A DNA stretch of 64,000 bases, from positions 330,460 to 394,459 of the forward strand of contig JAUYID010000009.1 of NCBI GenBank assembly GCA_030704665.1. Direction: 5' to 3'. This DNA is from a bacterium. Lineage in GTDB: Bacteria > Patescibacteriota > Microgenomatia > Woykebacterales > RBG-16-39-9b. The notes beneath the pieces are model-generated. The model did not search any database. It was not told where the DNA came from and saw only the letters and a program-made list of their open reading frames with translations. The translations under genes and the position numbers were made by a program. Shown here one piece after another: positions 16,204 through 26,301 of the stretch (the stretch's first letter is position 1; every line of letters starts with the position of its first letter).

Positions 16204-16434
16204 ATGGCACAGACAAATTCACGAAACAAGCGCAAGGTTTGTAATTTTTGCAAAGAAGAGACAAGCGTTTCTTACAAAGACCTTGAAACTTTAAAAAAGT
16301 TTACTACCGAAAGAGGAAAAATCGTCGGTCGAGCTAAAACCGGAACCTGCTCAAGTCATCAACGGCAGCTTACGAATGCAATCAAAAGAGCCCGCTATTT
16401 GGCTCTGCTTCCGTTTTCCACCAGAAGCCGCTAA
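16204..16434 (+). CDS. rpsR: 30S ribosomal protein S18
   Basis: CNFC, YKD, ERGKI, HQRQL..AIKRAR.LALLPF. Confidence 0.96.
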   Translation: MAQTNSRNKRKVCNFCKEETSVSYKDLETLKKFTTERGKIVGRAKTGTCSSHQRQLTNAIKRARYLALLPFSTRSR

Positions 16435-16530
16435 AGAGATAACAAAAAAAAAACAAGCGGCATCTTTTCATCTTGGGCAAGCCAGTTTTAATGGTATAAT
16501 TTTAAGACCGGAAAAGAAAAACTTGCTTCA

Positions 16531-17580
16531 ATGAGCGTACCAAAAGGCAAACTTGTCACCATCGATATTGGTTCTTCCTGGACAAAAGTTTTTGTCATTG
16601 ATCATGACCGTGGCAACAAACTGGCGATTGGGGGTAGCTACAGTCTTCCAACCTCGAGCGGAGACCTGAAACTCTCTATCGAAGAAATTTTTCAAAAACT
16701 AAAAATCATTCCGAAAGAAAATGTTTTGCTTTTCTCAAGCAGCTTTGAAGAAGCTGATAGTCTTGCCAGCGACTATAAGGGAATTTTCGTTCCTTTGGCT
16801 GAAATAAAGAAAAACTTGGGAGTGTGGCTCAAACAGCAAGGCTACCCAAACTGCAAATTTTTTGACGCGGGTAGTGATATTTTTAAAGCTGACTACAAAG
16901 TAAACGAACTTGGGGCTTTCCTTTCCTTTTCGTTTGGAGAAATTGATCTGGAAAACCATCTTGCCAATCGAGCCATGCATTTTCATACTTTAGCTGAAAC
17001 TCAGAAGGAAATGGAGACGGACCGGGCGGTAATACGCTCTGCTCTCGCGAAACTCGAGGACAGCCTGAATGAGGCGAGCAACGTCTTGATGACGGGAGCT
17101 TTGGTTGCTGCTCAGACCAAGTTTTCAAAACTTGCCTTGGTCATGCTTGACGTTTTGAGTCCACACAAAGTGGCTGAAGTTTTGGTTGATACCAAAAACT
17201 TTGCGAACAGTTGGGGAGCGGCAATTACTAAATATAAAGAACTGCTCGATTTCGAAATCGATTTTGTGGAAAAACTAGGTAGTTTTGTTTCCTTGGGTGG
17301 GGAGGGAACAGTTGGCTTGGACTACGGACTGAAAAATGTGCAGGAAGTCAAGGTCGCCGAAAATGAGATTGCTTTGATCCCAGCCAATGAGGAACAAGAA
17401 GTTCAGGTTGAGTTTTCCATTGGCAAAGAAAAGCGTAAAGTGGAAACCGGTGGAGGACACTACGGAATTTTGCTAGACGGAAGAAAAAAACCTTTACCGC
17501 TGATTTTTGGACAGTCGTCTTCCCAAAAAGCAATGTTGAAATGGGAAGAAGCAATTGAAAAAGTGGAGCTGATCAAATGA
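16531..17580 (+). CDS. GlmL/MutL (glutamate-mutase L)-like actin-fold protein
   Basis: IDIGSSWTK phosphate-1 motif, FDAGS, C-terminal GG.YGILLDGR.KPL. Confidence 0.65.
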   Translation: MSVPKGKLVTIDIGSSWTKVFVIDHDRGNKLAIGGSYSLPTSSGDLKLSIEEIFQKLKIIPKENVLLFSSSFEEADSLASDYKGIFVPLAEIKKNLGVWLKQQGYPNCKFFDAGSDIFKADYKVNELGAFLSFSFGEIDLENHLANRAMHFHTLAETQKEMETDRAVIRSALAKLEDSLNEASNVLMTGALVAAQTKFSKLALVMLDVLSPHKVAEVLVDTKNFANSWGAAITKYKELLDFEIDFVEKLGSFVSLGGEGTVGLDYGLKNVQEVKVAENEIALIPANEEQEVQVEFSIGKEKRKVETGGGHYGILLDGRKKPLPLIFGQSSSQKAMLKWEEAIEKVELIK

Positions 17581-18635
17581 TCAATCCCACTATCTTGCGT
17601 ATCGGGTCGAGTTCTTATGATCTGGTCAGAAAATTTCCCGGAAAGGGTAAGGCCAGTGTTAAAGTTGGGGACAGTGTGGCCGCAGCTGATATCGTGGCCC
17701 ATTGCGAAGTTTCGGCGGGACAAAGACTAGTAAAAGTGGCACACAGTTTGGGAGTGGGCGCGCGCGAGGTAGAAAAATATTTGATCCGTTCGGTAGGAGA
17801 CAGAATTTACCAGGGGGAAGTGATTGCCCGTAGAACTGGAGTACTTGGCTTGGGTAAAAAAGAGGTCAAGTCGCCAGCCGATGGTTTGATTTTTGGTGTC
17901 GATGTCAACGGAGACTTGATCATCAAATTCATGCCGACTTCGATTCGCCTCGCAGCCGGAGCAAGTGGTAAAGTGACTGATGTGTCCGAAGACGGTGTGA
18001 CGATTTCAACTAATGTGACTGAAGTTGCCGCCCCGATCGCTTCCGGAAAAGAACGGGACGGAGCGCTAAAGGTGGTTGGTTCCCACAATGATTTTCTTTT
18101 GCCTCAGCACATTGATGCTTCGGCGAGTGGAAAAATTATCGTCGGTGGAGCCCTAGTCGAGCGGGCGACGATCGAAAAAGCACTGACTGTAGGTGTGCAC
18201 GGTATCGTTGTCGGAGGAATAAACTACCGTGATTTTTTAAGCCTTGGTGTTGGTAGTGATGTCGGTTTGACGGTTTTAGTTACTTGCGGCTACGGGGCCT
18301 TTCCAATGGGGGAGGATATTCACGATAAGCTCAAAGCCCTCGAGGGTTATTTTGCTTTTATTTCTGGAGAAAAGGCTAAACTGGTAATCCCCGATCTTAA
18401 TGCCAAAACAACCAAAGCCAATCAACCTAGTGTGGAGAGCTGGAAGAAGCTTGGTGTCGGGGATAAAGTTAGGGTTCTCCATGAAAAAGAAGAAAAACTC
18501 CTCGGCAAAGTTTTGGAGTTGAAAGAAAACCAAGTGCTTCCTTCGACCGTGATCGCCGAAACTGCTCTTGTTGAGTTGACTGACGGAAAAAAGGTTGAAG
18601 TGGCAGCAGCCAATTTGCAAATTGTTTTTAGCTAA
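17577..18635 (+). CDS. GlmL-associated protein with biotinyl/lipoyl-like hybrid repeats
   Basis: VKVGDSV, VGDRI..GEVIA, VKSPADG, GIVVGGI, GYGAFPM. Confidence 0.6.
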   Translation: MINPTILRIGSSSYDLVRKFPGKGKASVKVGDSVAAADIVAHCEVSAGQRLVKVAHSLGVGAREVEKYLIRSVGDRIYQGEVIARRTGVLGLGKKEVKSPADGLIFGVDVNGDLIIKFMPTSIRLAAGASGKVTDVSEDGVTISTNVTEVAAPIASGKERDGALKVVGSHNDFLLPQHIDASASGKIIVGGALVERATIEKALTVGVHGIVVGGINYRDFLSLGVGSDVGLTVLVTCGYGAFPMGEDIHDKLKALEGYFAFISGEKAKLVIPDLNAKTTKANQPSVESWKKLGVGDKVRVLHEKEEKLLGKVLELKENQVLPSTVIAETALVELTDGKKVEVAAANLQIVFS

Positions 18636-18637
18636 AA

Positions 18638-19867
18638 ATGAAAGAAAAAATCAAAAGCCTAATAGTTAAACATTACGTTCAAGCGGTTGGGGCCCTGGTA
18701 CTTTTTGCTCTTGGAGTTTGGATCGGGCAAAACTTTGACATCAACGTCGGCCAAAAAACTACCCGTGGTGAGTTCAAACCCCTGATCAGTCTCAGCAATC
18801 GTCAAACTCCGACAAATACTACGGTCAGTTTCAACCAGTTTTGGGAAGTTTGGGATCATCTAACCAGTGAGTACCTGAACAAAAATGATATTGACCAACA
18901 AAAACTTCTTTACGGAGCAATCTCAGGTTTGGTTGAAGCGGCTGGAGATCCCTACACTGTTTACCTTGACCCAGAGTCCAACAAAGACTTTGATTCGCAG
19001 CTCAACGGTACTTTTGAGGGGGTGGGGATTGAGATTGGTTCCAAGGACGGCAAACTTGTCGTCATCTCACCAATTGAAGGCACACCAGCGATGGAAGCTG
19101 GGGTACTGGCGGGGGATATCATCACCAAAATTGACGGTAAGGACGCTTCCAGCCTGTCACTAGTAGAGGCAGTCAAAACTATTCGTGGGCAAGCGGGCAC
19201 CCCCGTCCATTTTGTTTTTTCACGAGCCGGGAAACTAGTTAACAAGACCATCACTCGTACCAAAATCACCATCAAGAGTGTTGAGTTTGCCAACAAAGGA
19301 GAGGAAGTTGCTGTGATCCGGATTAATCGCTTCGGAGACTCAACTCAGGAAGAGTGGGACAGTGCGGTGAACAAATTTACTTCGGGGAAGTTCCAAAAAC
19401 TTATTCTCGATCTGCGCAACAATCCTGGTGGCAGACTGGATACTGCCATTTACATTGCCAATGAGTTTGTCGCAGCCGGAACTAGTGTAGTTTTGGAAGA
19501 AGACTCGGGTGGAAACAGACAGGAATTTAAAGGTGAGCGTAACGGGCGCCTGCAAGAGATTACCCCAGTAGTTTTGCTCAATAAAGGCAGTGCCTCAGCT
19601 TCTGAAATTGTCGCCGGAGCCCTAAGAGACTTGAAAGGTGCACCTCTGCTCGGGGAAACCAGCTATGGAAAAGGGACGGTCCAAAAAGTTGAAGATTTGG
19701 AGGCAGGTGCAGCTCTACATATCACTATCGCTAAATGGCTTACCCCCAAAGGAATTTGGGTTCATGGTAAAGGGCTCAAGCCCGATACCGAAGTTAAACT
19801 AACCGCCAAAGACATCAAAGCAAACAAAGATCCCCAACTAGAGGCAGCCCTCAAACTGCTAAAATAA
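18638..19867 (+). CDS. ctpA: Carboxy-terminal processing protease (S41, PDZ)
   Basis: GDPYTVYL, DLRNNPGG, SASASEIVAGAL, GETSYGKGTVQ. Confidence 0.93.
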   Translation: MKEKIKSLIVKHYVQAVGALVLFALGVWIGQNFDINVGQKTTRGEFKPLISLSNRQTPTNTTVSFNQFWEVWDHLTSEYLNKNDIDQQKLLYGAISGLVEAAGDPYTVYLDPESNKDFDSQLNGTFEGVGIEIGSKDGKLVVISPIEGTPAMEAGVLAGDIITKIDGKDASSLSLVEAVKTIRGQAGTPVHFVFSRAGKLVNKTITRTKITIKSVEFANKGEEVAVIRINRFGDSTQEEWDSAVNKFTSGKFQKLILDLRNNPGGRLDTAIYIANEFVAAGTSVVLEEDSGGNRQEFKGERNGRLQEITPVVLLNKGSASASEIVAGALRDLKGAPLLGETSYGKGTVQKVEDLEAGAALHITIAKWLTPKGIWVHGKGLKPDTEVKLTAKDIKANKDPQLEAALKLLK

Positions 19868-20077
19868 GATTTCTCCCAGTTTGACAAAAAGAGGCTTCTC
19901 CTGTTAAATTTCTAATATGTTTTCCAGCCTGAACCAGAAGAAGCAAAAGATTTCCAACTAAGTTGGCGGTCTTGTTGTGCCTTGGTTTAAGCTTTCTCCC
20001 CAAACAAATTTCCAGATAAACAAAGACATTATTAGGCTAGCCAAGAGGTAGTTAGTCTGGTGAAGGGAGGAGTTAGC

Positions 20078-20106
20078 TTGACTTCTGGTTGGGCAAAGGC
20101 TAATAT
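20078..20106 (+). promoter_or_regulatory. sigma70 promoter TTGACT-17-TAATAT
   Basis: Upstream of the ATP-grasp gene. Confidence 0.6.
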
Positions 20107-20146
20107 CAGCCTCAATTCGTTAAGTGCGGAAGAAAGAGAGGACGAA

Positions 20147-21415
20147 ATGAATAAGGAGATTCTCGCTGGTATTCAAGAGCGTGGGTTGAACTTGCTTGAT
20201 GAGATGAGACAGCACCTCGCGAACAAGTATCCTGGCCTGCCTATCCCCCCGATTGTTGAAGAAGTGGTCATCGACACTACCACCCAAGGACCAGCGATCG
20301 TTGGTGTTTACGACCATTTCCTAGCCCTACAGGAACTGGAGGAAATGCCGATTGCCTTGTTGAGAGCCAGTAGCGCAGTCGGTCTACCGGTGGTCATTGC
20401 TCACGGTGAAGGTTCGCTGCTGCTGGAATCACGTGCCATCTATGTCCAGTGGGGTTTGCGGGAGCGTGAAGGCAGGTGGGAAGTGGTTTACTACGAGCAC
20501 CCTCTCTTAGCTGGCTATGTTCGCCTCTCGCCCTTCGACCTCTTTCTGGAGTGGCGAGATCTTTTTCAGCGGGGGATCCCCGGCATCTTCAACCAGAAGT
20601 TCGAAGAAGCGACTATGGATAAATTCGCCAGCCTTGAATTCTTTGCGAAGGCAAAGGCGCCCTGTCCTGAAACCGCTCATTTTCGGATGAGTCTCAGGCG
20701 GGTTGAGAACCGAGACGAGAAGGTGAAAGCCAGGTTAGTCGAGATGGAGGCTAAGGGCATTTTCACTACCGGCGCGGTTGTTAAACCAGTCGGCTCTTCC
20801 CTGGGAATGGGAGTAGTGATGTTCCCGGAGGGTGTGAGGGTGGAGGAAATCGCCGTCGATATACTCGCCCGTAATCACGATGTTATCGTTCAACGCCGCA
20901 TCAATCCACCACCTCTAGTCATTGAGGGAGAAGATTTCGACTGGAACTTCCGGGTCCTTGTTGCCCGCAACAGCTTGAACGAACCCGCCGTGGTTGCTAT
21001 CGAAATTCGCTACTCCTCAAAGGGTGGTGTCGTCAACGCGGCCCAAGGTGCTAAGCGCCTGACCTTCGAGGATTTCATTTCCCGGATGGGTTGGGATCTA
21101 ACCAAGGTTCGTCAGGCGATAGAGGCCCTAAGCCTGTCGATGTTTCGGGCTATCGAAGATGGTTTGGGTCTGGTCGATCCACAGCAAGATGCAGTGGGGT
21201 TGGACATCATCGTCGATCACGATCGTAAGGCCTACGCCATGGAGATCAACGGTAGCTTGGCGATGGGCTATTTGGGTTTAGACGAGCTTCAACCAGATGC
21301 ATCCAGCAGCGCGCTATCCTTGTTGAAGTTGATGGAGCTGCGAGCTCGGGTCTATGTCCACAATCGAGTGCACTTGCTTGTTTATCAGCCCGAAGTGGTT
21401 GGGGAAGGAGGTTGA
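20147..21415 (+). CDS. ATP-grasp ligase (RimK/YheCD-like)
   Basis: DKF, VVKPVGSSLGMGV, IVQRRI, FRVLV, N.AQG, GLDII, EING. Confidence 0.8.
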   Translation: MNKEILAGIQERGLNLLDEMRQHLANKYPGLPIPPIVEEVVIDTTTQGPAIVGVYDHFLALQELEEMPIALLRASSAVGLPVVIAHGEGSLLLESRAIYVQWGLREREGRWEVVYYEHPLLAGYVRLSPFDLFLEWRDLFQRGIPGIFNQKFEEATMDKFASLEFFAKAKAPCPETAHFRMSLRRVENRDEKVKARLVEMEAKGIFTTGAVVKPVGSSLGMGVVMFPEGVRVEEIAVDILARNHDVIVQRRINPPPLVIEGEDFDWNFRVLVARNSLNEPAVVAIEIRYSSKGGVVNAAQGAKRLTFEDFISRMGWDLTKVRQAIEALSLSMFRAIEDGLGLVDPQQDAVGLDIIVDHDRKAYAMEINGSLAMGYLGLDELQPDASSSALSLLKLMELRARVYVHNRVHLLVYQPEVVGEGG

Positions 21416-21420
21416 GAGAC

Positions 21421-21458
21421 GAGGCGCCCCTTTTTGAACTTCGGTTCGGGGGCGCTTC
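21421..21458 (+). terminator. GC-rich hairpin with UUCG loop
   Basis: GAGGCGCCCC...GAAC-TTCG-GTTC-GGGGGCGCTTC. Confidence 0.6.
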
Positions 21459-21523
21459 ATCGGCCTTAATATCCTGACAGAGAGACTTGAATTCCCTAGA
21501 TTATTTGTTTAGAATAAATTTTC

Positions 21524-22672
21524 ATGCCCGAAGAAAAAAAGAGACTTTACATCAAAATAGGGGTTTTGCTGGGAGCGGTTCTACTCACTGGGCTGATCGG
21601 TGGGGTGGTCGCCTCTTCTTACCCAAACTGGTACAGTTCCCTTCCTTTCAAAAACTCTCTACCAAACTTTTTAAAACCCCCCGACTCAGAGGTCAACTCA
21701 AGTAAAGAAGTAGTCCGCACTGTTGAGGAATCGGCCGTCATCGACGCAGTTGAGGAGGCTTCTCCTTCGGTCGTTTCCATCATTGCCAAGACAGTAAACT
21801 TTGACCCGGCCCTTGGAGTCGTGACTGACCAACAAGGTATTGGGACCGGCTTTATCGTTGATTCTTCAGGAATTGTCATTACCAACAACCATGTCGTTTG
21901 TGAAACGGGAATTGATTACAACGTCCTGACCAAAGACGGCAAAAGCTACGCCGTGACAAAAATTGATACGGACCCAGCTAATGACGTTGCTATTCTCAAG
22001 ATCAAAGGTAGCAGCTTCCAAGCACTTGCCCTTGCCGATTCAGACCCAAAGATCTTAAAAGTCGGACAAAAAGTCATTGCCATTGGCAATGCTCTAGGAC
22101 AGTTTCAGAATACAGTCACTGTTGGAGTCATTTCCGGTATTGGTCGGGGAGTGACTGCTCAGGGAGGTTGCGGGGGACAATCGGAAGAAACATTGCAAAA
22201 TGTGATTCAAACTGATGCTGCTCTCAACCCGGGGAATTCTGGCGGACCCCTGCTCGATTTGAGTGGAAAGGTGGTTGGCGTGAACTTTGCCGTTTCCACC
22301 AGTGCCCAAAACATCGGCTTTGTCATTCCGATCAACCGGGTCAAAAAAATTCTTGATCAGTACAAAAAAGAAGGCCGCATCATCCGTCCTTTCTTGGGGA
22401 TTCGTTATCGTTTGATTGACCCTCAGGAATCTGCGGCCCGCAGTGTTCCGCAGGGAGCGTTTGTTTCTAGTGTGGTGGTGGCTTCACCCGCAGCCACTGC
22501 AGGTATTGAGGTAGGCGATATCATCACCAAGCTCAACAAGCAAAAGGTGAGTTTAAGTAACGATATTGTTACCATTTTGAATGATGTGGTTGTAGGTAAG
22601 GAAATTTCAGTCGAGGTCTACCGGAATGGGAGAAGCATTGCTCTCAAAATTGTTCCTCGAGAAGCGGACTAA
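21524..22672 (+). CDS. htrA: HtrA/DegP-family serine protease with PDZ
   Basis: GTGFIV, TNNHVV, DVAILKI, IQTDAALNPGNSGGPL. Confidence 0.93.
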   Translation: MPEEKKRLYIKIGVLLGAVLLTGLIGGVVASSYPNWYSSLPFKNSLPNFLKPPDSEVNSSKEVVRTVEESAVIDAVEEASPSVVSIIAKTVNFDPALGVVTDQQGIGTGFIVDSSGIVITNNHVVCETGIDYNVLTKDGKSYAVTKIDTDPANDVAILKIKGSSFQALALADSDPKILKVGQKVIAIGNALGQFQNTVTVGVISGIGRGVTAQGGCGGQSEETLQNVIQTDAALNPGNSGGPLLDLSGKVVGVNFAVSTSAQNIGFVIPINRVKKILDQYKKEGRIIRPFLGIRYRLIDPQESAARSVPQGAFVSSVVVASPAATAGIEVGDIITKLNKQKVSLSNDIVTILNDVVVGKEISVEVYRNGRSIALKIVPREAD

Positions 22673-22716
22673 AATCATTTGACAGCAGCAGGCATTTCAC
22701 GCTTTAATATAAATTG

Positions 22717-23253
22717 ATGTCTGACAACGGTTTATTTGGACTACCCAGCTTCCGACGTAGAATTGGAGTAGTCGCCTCTTTGTTCATTCTTTTTGCTATT
22801 CCAGTCACAGTCATTGCCACTTTGCAAGGCCGTTCCGATCTCTCCCGGGCCGCGGCTTGTCTGGATATCAGCAATGACGGTGGCGTTGACTCAGCTGATA
22901 GCAGTCTCTTGAAGAATCAAATTGAGACCAAGATCTATTCAAAGGCAAGCGACTTTGATAGTGATGGGGTGGTAAACGAAACTGACCAGCTGATTCTAAA
23001 CGAAAGTTTGGGCGAAACCTGCTCACCACAAGTAACCTTCTTTGCTAGTCCGGATAGTATCAAGATAGGTGAAAGTGCTGTTTTGACCTGGACGGTTGCT
23101 CACGCGAGCAAAGTCGAGATTGAGGGGGTCGGAGAGGTTGCTAAAGAAGGCGAAATCAAAGTTAACCCAACTGAAAGTAAAACTTACCAATTGAGCGCAA
23201 GCGGCCCCGGTGGGCAAGTAGTTGGGGCCTCAACCCTAAAAGTCACCCATTAA
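22717..23253 (+). CDS. Secreted dockerin-domain protein with Ig-like C-terminus
   Basis: TM signal; duplicated Ca-loops DISNDGGVDSAD and DFDSDGVVNETD; own TTGACA-17-TTTAAT promoter. Confidence 0.75.
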   Translation: MSDNGLFGLPSFRRRIGVVASLFILFAIPVTVIATLQGRSDLSRAAACLDISNDGGVDSADSSLLKNQIETKIYSKASDFDSDGVVNETDQLILNESLGETCSPQVTFFASPDSIKIGESAVLTWTVAHASKVEIEGVGEVAKEGEIKVNPTESKTYQLSASGPGGQVVGASTLKVTH

Positions 23254-23296
23254 TTCTCTTTGACAGGTTAGATCCGTCTTGTTAGCATATTAATTA

Positions 23297-24919
23297 ATGC
23301 CCAAGATTCAAGTGGCGAAAAAACTTTGGTTCTCTCTTTTTGTTGTTCTAGTACTTTTTGTCTCTGTCATTTTTACCCAACTGGCGAGTTTGAACAGCCG
23401 TGATACACGCACGCAAGCAGCCTCGGCTCCAACTACAGTGACTTGGACCGATCCGATCCGCTTCCGCGATACTGTTTGTTTGCACGGAACCAGTGTTTGT
23501 CAGCCTTTTCATACAACGACCTCTACTTCAGATACTTGGACGGTAGCTGACAATGTCAGCTATGATCTCCACGTTGATGTGAGTAAAGACGGCTCAACTT
23601 GGTACGGTTGGGAGCAAAACAACAATTTGAGCAAGGATTGTCCCGGTTCGACCTGCTCAAGAACCTTTAGTTGGGCTCAAGTGGACTTTGTGGTGCGCAC
23701 GACAATCGACAACATTGATCACGCGGTGAGAAGACCGACAACAAGCTATACTTACAGTTCAGCTCCGCCGAATTTTAGCTACACTGGTAGTGTAGTTTTC
23801 CACTATTTGGACAATTTAAGTCCTCAGGGAATTACGATCAAGAATTTGTCGGGTAATACCGGTCCTTGTACTGTCAGTTGTCCGGTTCCACCACCAAGTG
23901 TTGATATCAAGGCAAACAATTCAGATAGCTCAATTACGATTCCCTACAACTCAAGTGTGACGATAAAATGGACTTCCTCCGGCTCACCAACCTCTTGTTC
24001 AGTTTCACCGACCGGTTGGACTGGAACGAGCGGTCAGCAGAGCCAAACTCTGACCTCAGCGCGTACTTACAAGGCGACTTGTAGTAACAGTGGCGGAAGC
24101 GATTCAGACTCAGTGACTGTCAATGTAAGTGCTCCGGGTGCTCCTTCAGTCAACATCAAAGCCAATGGCTCCGATGGCCCAATCAAAATTACCAAAGGCA
24201 AAACCGTGACGATCAGTTGGACCAGTGGGGCCAACACCACTTCATGTACGATTGCGCCGTTTGGTTGGACCGGGTTGAGCGGGTCAAAAAGTAGTGGGGC
24301 ATTGAGTAAATCGACCACCTTCAAAGCTAGTTGTACTGGTCCTGGGGGGAGTGGGTCAGATTCAGTTGTAGTCAATGTCGAGACCGCCTCAACTAGTCCA
24401 ACTAGCGGTAGTTCTGTTCCGATCATCAAAAGCACGACTCCGAAGACAACTTCAATAAGTAAAGACGCACTTGCCGGGTCAAAAACCAAGGTTACTTCGA
24501 AGACAGCCTTGGATATTGTTTTAAGCAGTGGGACCAACCGCTTTTTGATTGGAGCTAAAGAAGTTAGGGTTTCAATCACTGCGACCAAAGTCAGCAAAAA
24601 ACTGGTTATCAACCACGACAACGAGTATTTTAGAATCAGTGCCTCTGAACTGAAGGTTGGTAAAATTTACACTTTGGAAATTTCTGGAGACTGGCTTGTT
24701 TCTCAGACCCAACGTTTCAAAGTAAACGCAAAGGGAACCAATTTAAAGCTAGAACCACTTATTATCGGGGATTTGACCGGCGAAGGTCGGATCAATGACG
24801 ATGATATTTTTGAGTTTTTGAACGGCTTTCTCAGCGATAAATTTTATGATTTTAATGTTGATGGGGTAGTCAACAGTTTTGATTACTCTATTTTGATTGG
24901 CAACTCGGAAGGAACCTAA
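23297..24919 (+). CDS. Secreted Ser/Thr-rich protein, two Ig/PKD-like repeats and C-terminal dockerin
   Basis: Repeats PSV.IKAN.SD..I.I...WTS; GDLTGEGRINDDD and DFNVDGVVNSFDY. Confidence 0.78.
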   Translation: MPKIQVAKKLWFSLFVVLVLFVSVIFTQLASLNSRDTRTQAASAPTTVTWTDPIRFRDTVCLHGTSVCQPFHTTTSTSDTWTVADNVSYDLHVDVSKDGSTWYGWEQNNNLSKDCPGSTCSRTFSWAQVDFVVRTTIDNIDHAVRRPTTSYTYSSAPPNFSYTGSVVFHYLDNLSPQGITIKNLSGNTGPCTVSCPVPPPSVDIKANNSDSSITIPYNSSVTIKWTSSGSPTSCSVSPTGWTGTSGQQSQTLTSARTYKATCSNSGGSDSDSVTVNVSAPGAPSVNIKANGSDGPIKITKGKTVTISWTSGANTTSCTIAPFGWTGLSGSKSSGALSKSTTFKASCTGPGGSGSDSVVVNVETASTSPTSGSSVPIIKSTTPKTTSISKDALAGSKTKVTSKTALDIVLSSGTNRFLIGAKEVRVSITATKVSKKLVINHDNEYFRISASELKVGKIYTLEISGDWLVSQTQRFKVNAKGTNLKLEPLIIGDLTGEGRINDDDIFEFLNGFLSDKFYDFNVDGVVNSFDYSILIGNSEGT

Positions 24920-24960
24920 GTTTTTGACAAGGGGAAAACCCCCTGCTAGCATGTATTTAA

Positions 24961-26301
24961 GTGAGCAAGTTTGGAAAATTTCAAAAACGAAGAGTTTGGC
25001 TCAGCCTTATTACTACCTTTGTTCTATTGGGGGCAATTGTGTTTACTCAATTTGCTGCTAAAAACTCTGGCGATTTGCGTATCAAAGCAGCTACCTGCGC
25101 TTCAGGAGAAAATTTGGTGAGTCTACGTCCAGTTGCCAACAGCTACGTCAAGCTTTGGTCCCAAAGTCCCAGTAGCGGTACAGAGTTTGACAAGGTAGAT
25201 GAGGCAGTTGCTGATGGAAATAATACTTATATCTGGGATGATACGAAACCTTCCAATTTCGTGGCTTTTTCTCACCAAAGCCTAAGTTTGAGTTCAGACA
25301 AAGCTGTCAAAAGGGTTGCTGTTTACCTCGTCGCCAGAAGAAGCGGTAATGCCGCCAGTGTGGCGCCCGGACTTTATCTGGGAGGTAATTTTTACTCTGG
25401 AACTACAAATTCGGCTGGGCCCAATTACTCAGAGTACAGCAACACTTGGCTTTCCAATCCAGCTGGTGGGTCTTGGACCGCCAGTTCGGTAAATTCGGCG
25501 GGTGTGGCTGCCCGTTCCAGTCGAGTCAATCAGGGAAACGCACTCTCGATCACGCAAATGTGGATGGATGTTTGTTGGGTTTATAAAGCTCCGATGGTTA
25601 ATATCAAGGCCAATGGTTCCAACGGGCCAATTACTATTCCCTACAACAGCGCCGCAACTTTGAGTTGGAGTAGTAGCTACGCTACTTCTTGCCCTGGTTT
25701 TTCAGCTACGAGTGGTTCCAAATCAATCGGTAAACTGACCTCGTCGCGGACTTTTAGTATTACTTGTACGGGTAAGGGGGGAAGCGGAAGCGACTCGGTC
25801 AGAGTCAACCTTTCGGCTCCTCCTACTTCGGGTGGTGGCGGTTCTGATTCTAGCCCCCCACCCTCGTCTGGAGGCGAAACAAAGGCAAAGCCGACGGTTG
25901 CTAGTATTAGTCTCCGAACCTCAGCCAACGCGTTTTTGATAAATGGTAAAGAAGTCGAGGCAACCATCAAAGGTACAAGCGTCACCAAAAAGGTTACCTT
26001 TTCCAAAGATGCGACTAGCGTTAGTCTTAAGACCTCGGCTTTAACCGTGGGTAAAACCTATATTTTGGAACTCAAAACTCCGTGGTTACTTACACAAAAC
26101 TTTAGTTTCAAGCTAAAATCAGGGGTGAAATTGGCTGCAGGGCCTTTGATTTTTGGGGATGTAACCGCAGACAACAGAATATCGGAAACTGATATAGTAG
26201 AGTTTTTGGCGGGTTTTATCAACGATCAAAACTACGATTTTAACGCAGATGGGGTGGTCAACAGTTTTGATTATTCAATTTTGATTAACAACCTAAAATG
26301 A
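24961..26301 (+). CDS. Secreted protein, one Ig/PKD-like repeat and C-terminal dockerin (paralog of upstream gene)
   Basis: PMVNIKANGSNGPITIPYNS; GDVTADNRISETD and DFNADGVVNSFDY. Confidence 0.78.
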   Translation: MSKFGKFQKRRVWLSLITTFVLLGAIVFTQFAAKNSGDLRIKAATCASGENLVSLRPVANSYVKLWSQSPSSGTEFDKVDEAVADGNNTYIWDDTKPSNFVAFSHQSLSLSSDKAVKRVAVYLVARRSGNAASVAPGLYLGGNFYSGTTNSAGPNYSEYSNTWLSNPAGGSWTASSVNSAGVAARSSRVNQGNALSITQMWMDVCWVYKAPMVNIKANGSNGPITIPYNSAATLSWSSSYATSCPGFSATSGSKSIGKLTSSRTFSITCTGKGGSGSDSVRVNLSAPPTSGGGGSDSSPPPSSGGETKAKPTVASISLRTSANAFLINGKEVEATIKGTSVTKKVTFSKDATSVSLKTSALTVGKTYILELKTPWLLTQNFSFKLKSGVKLAAGPLIFGDVTADNRISETDIVEFLAGFINDQNYDFNADGVVNSFDYSILINNLK

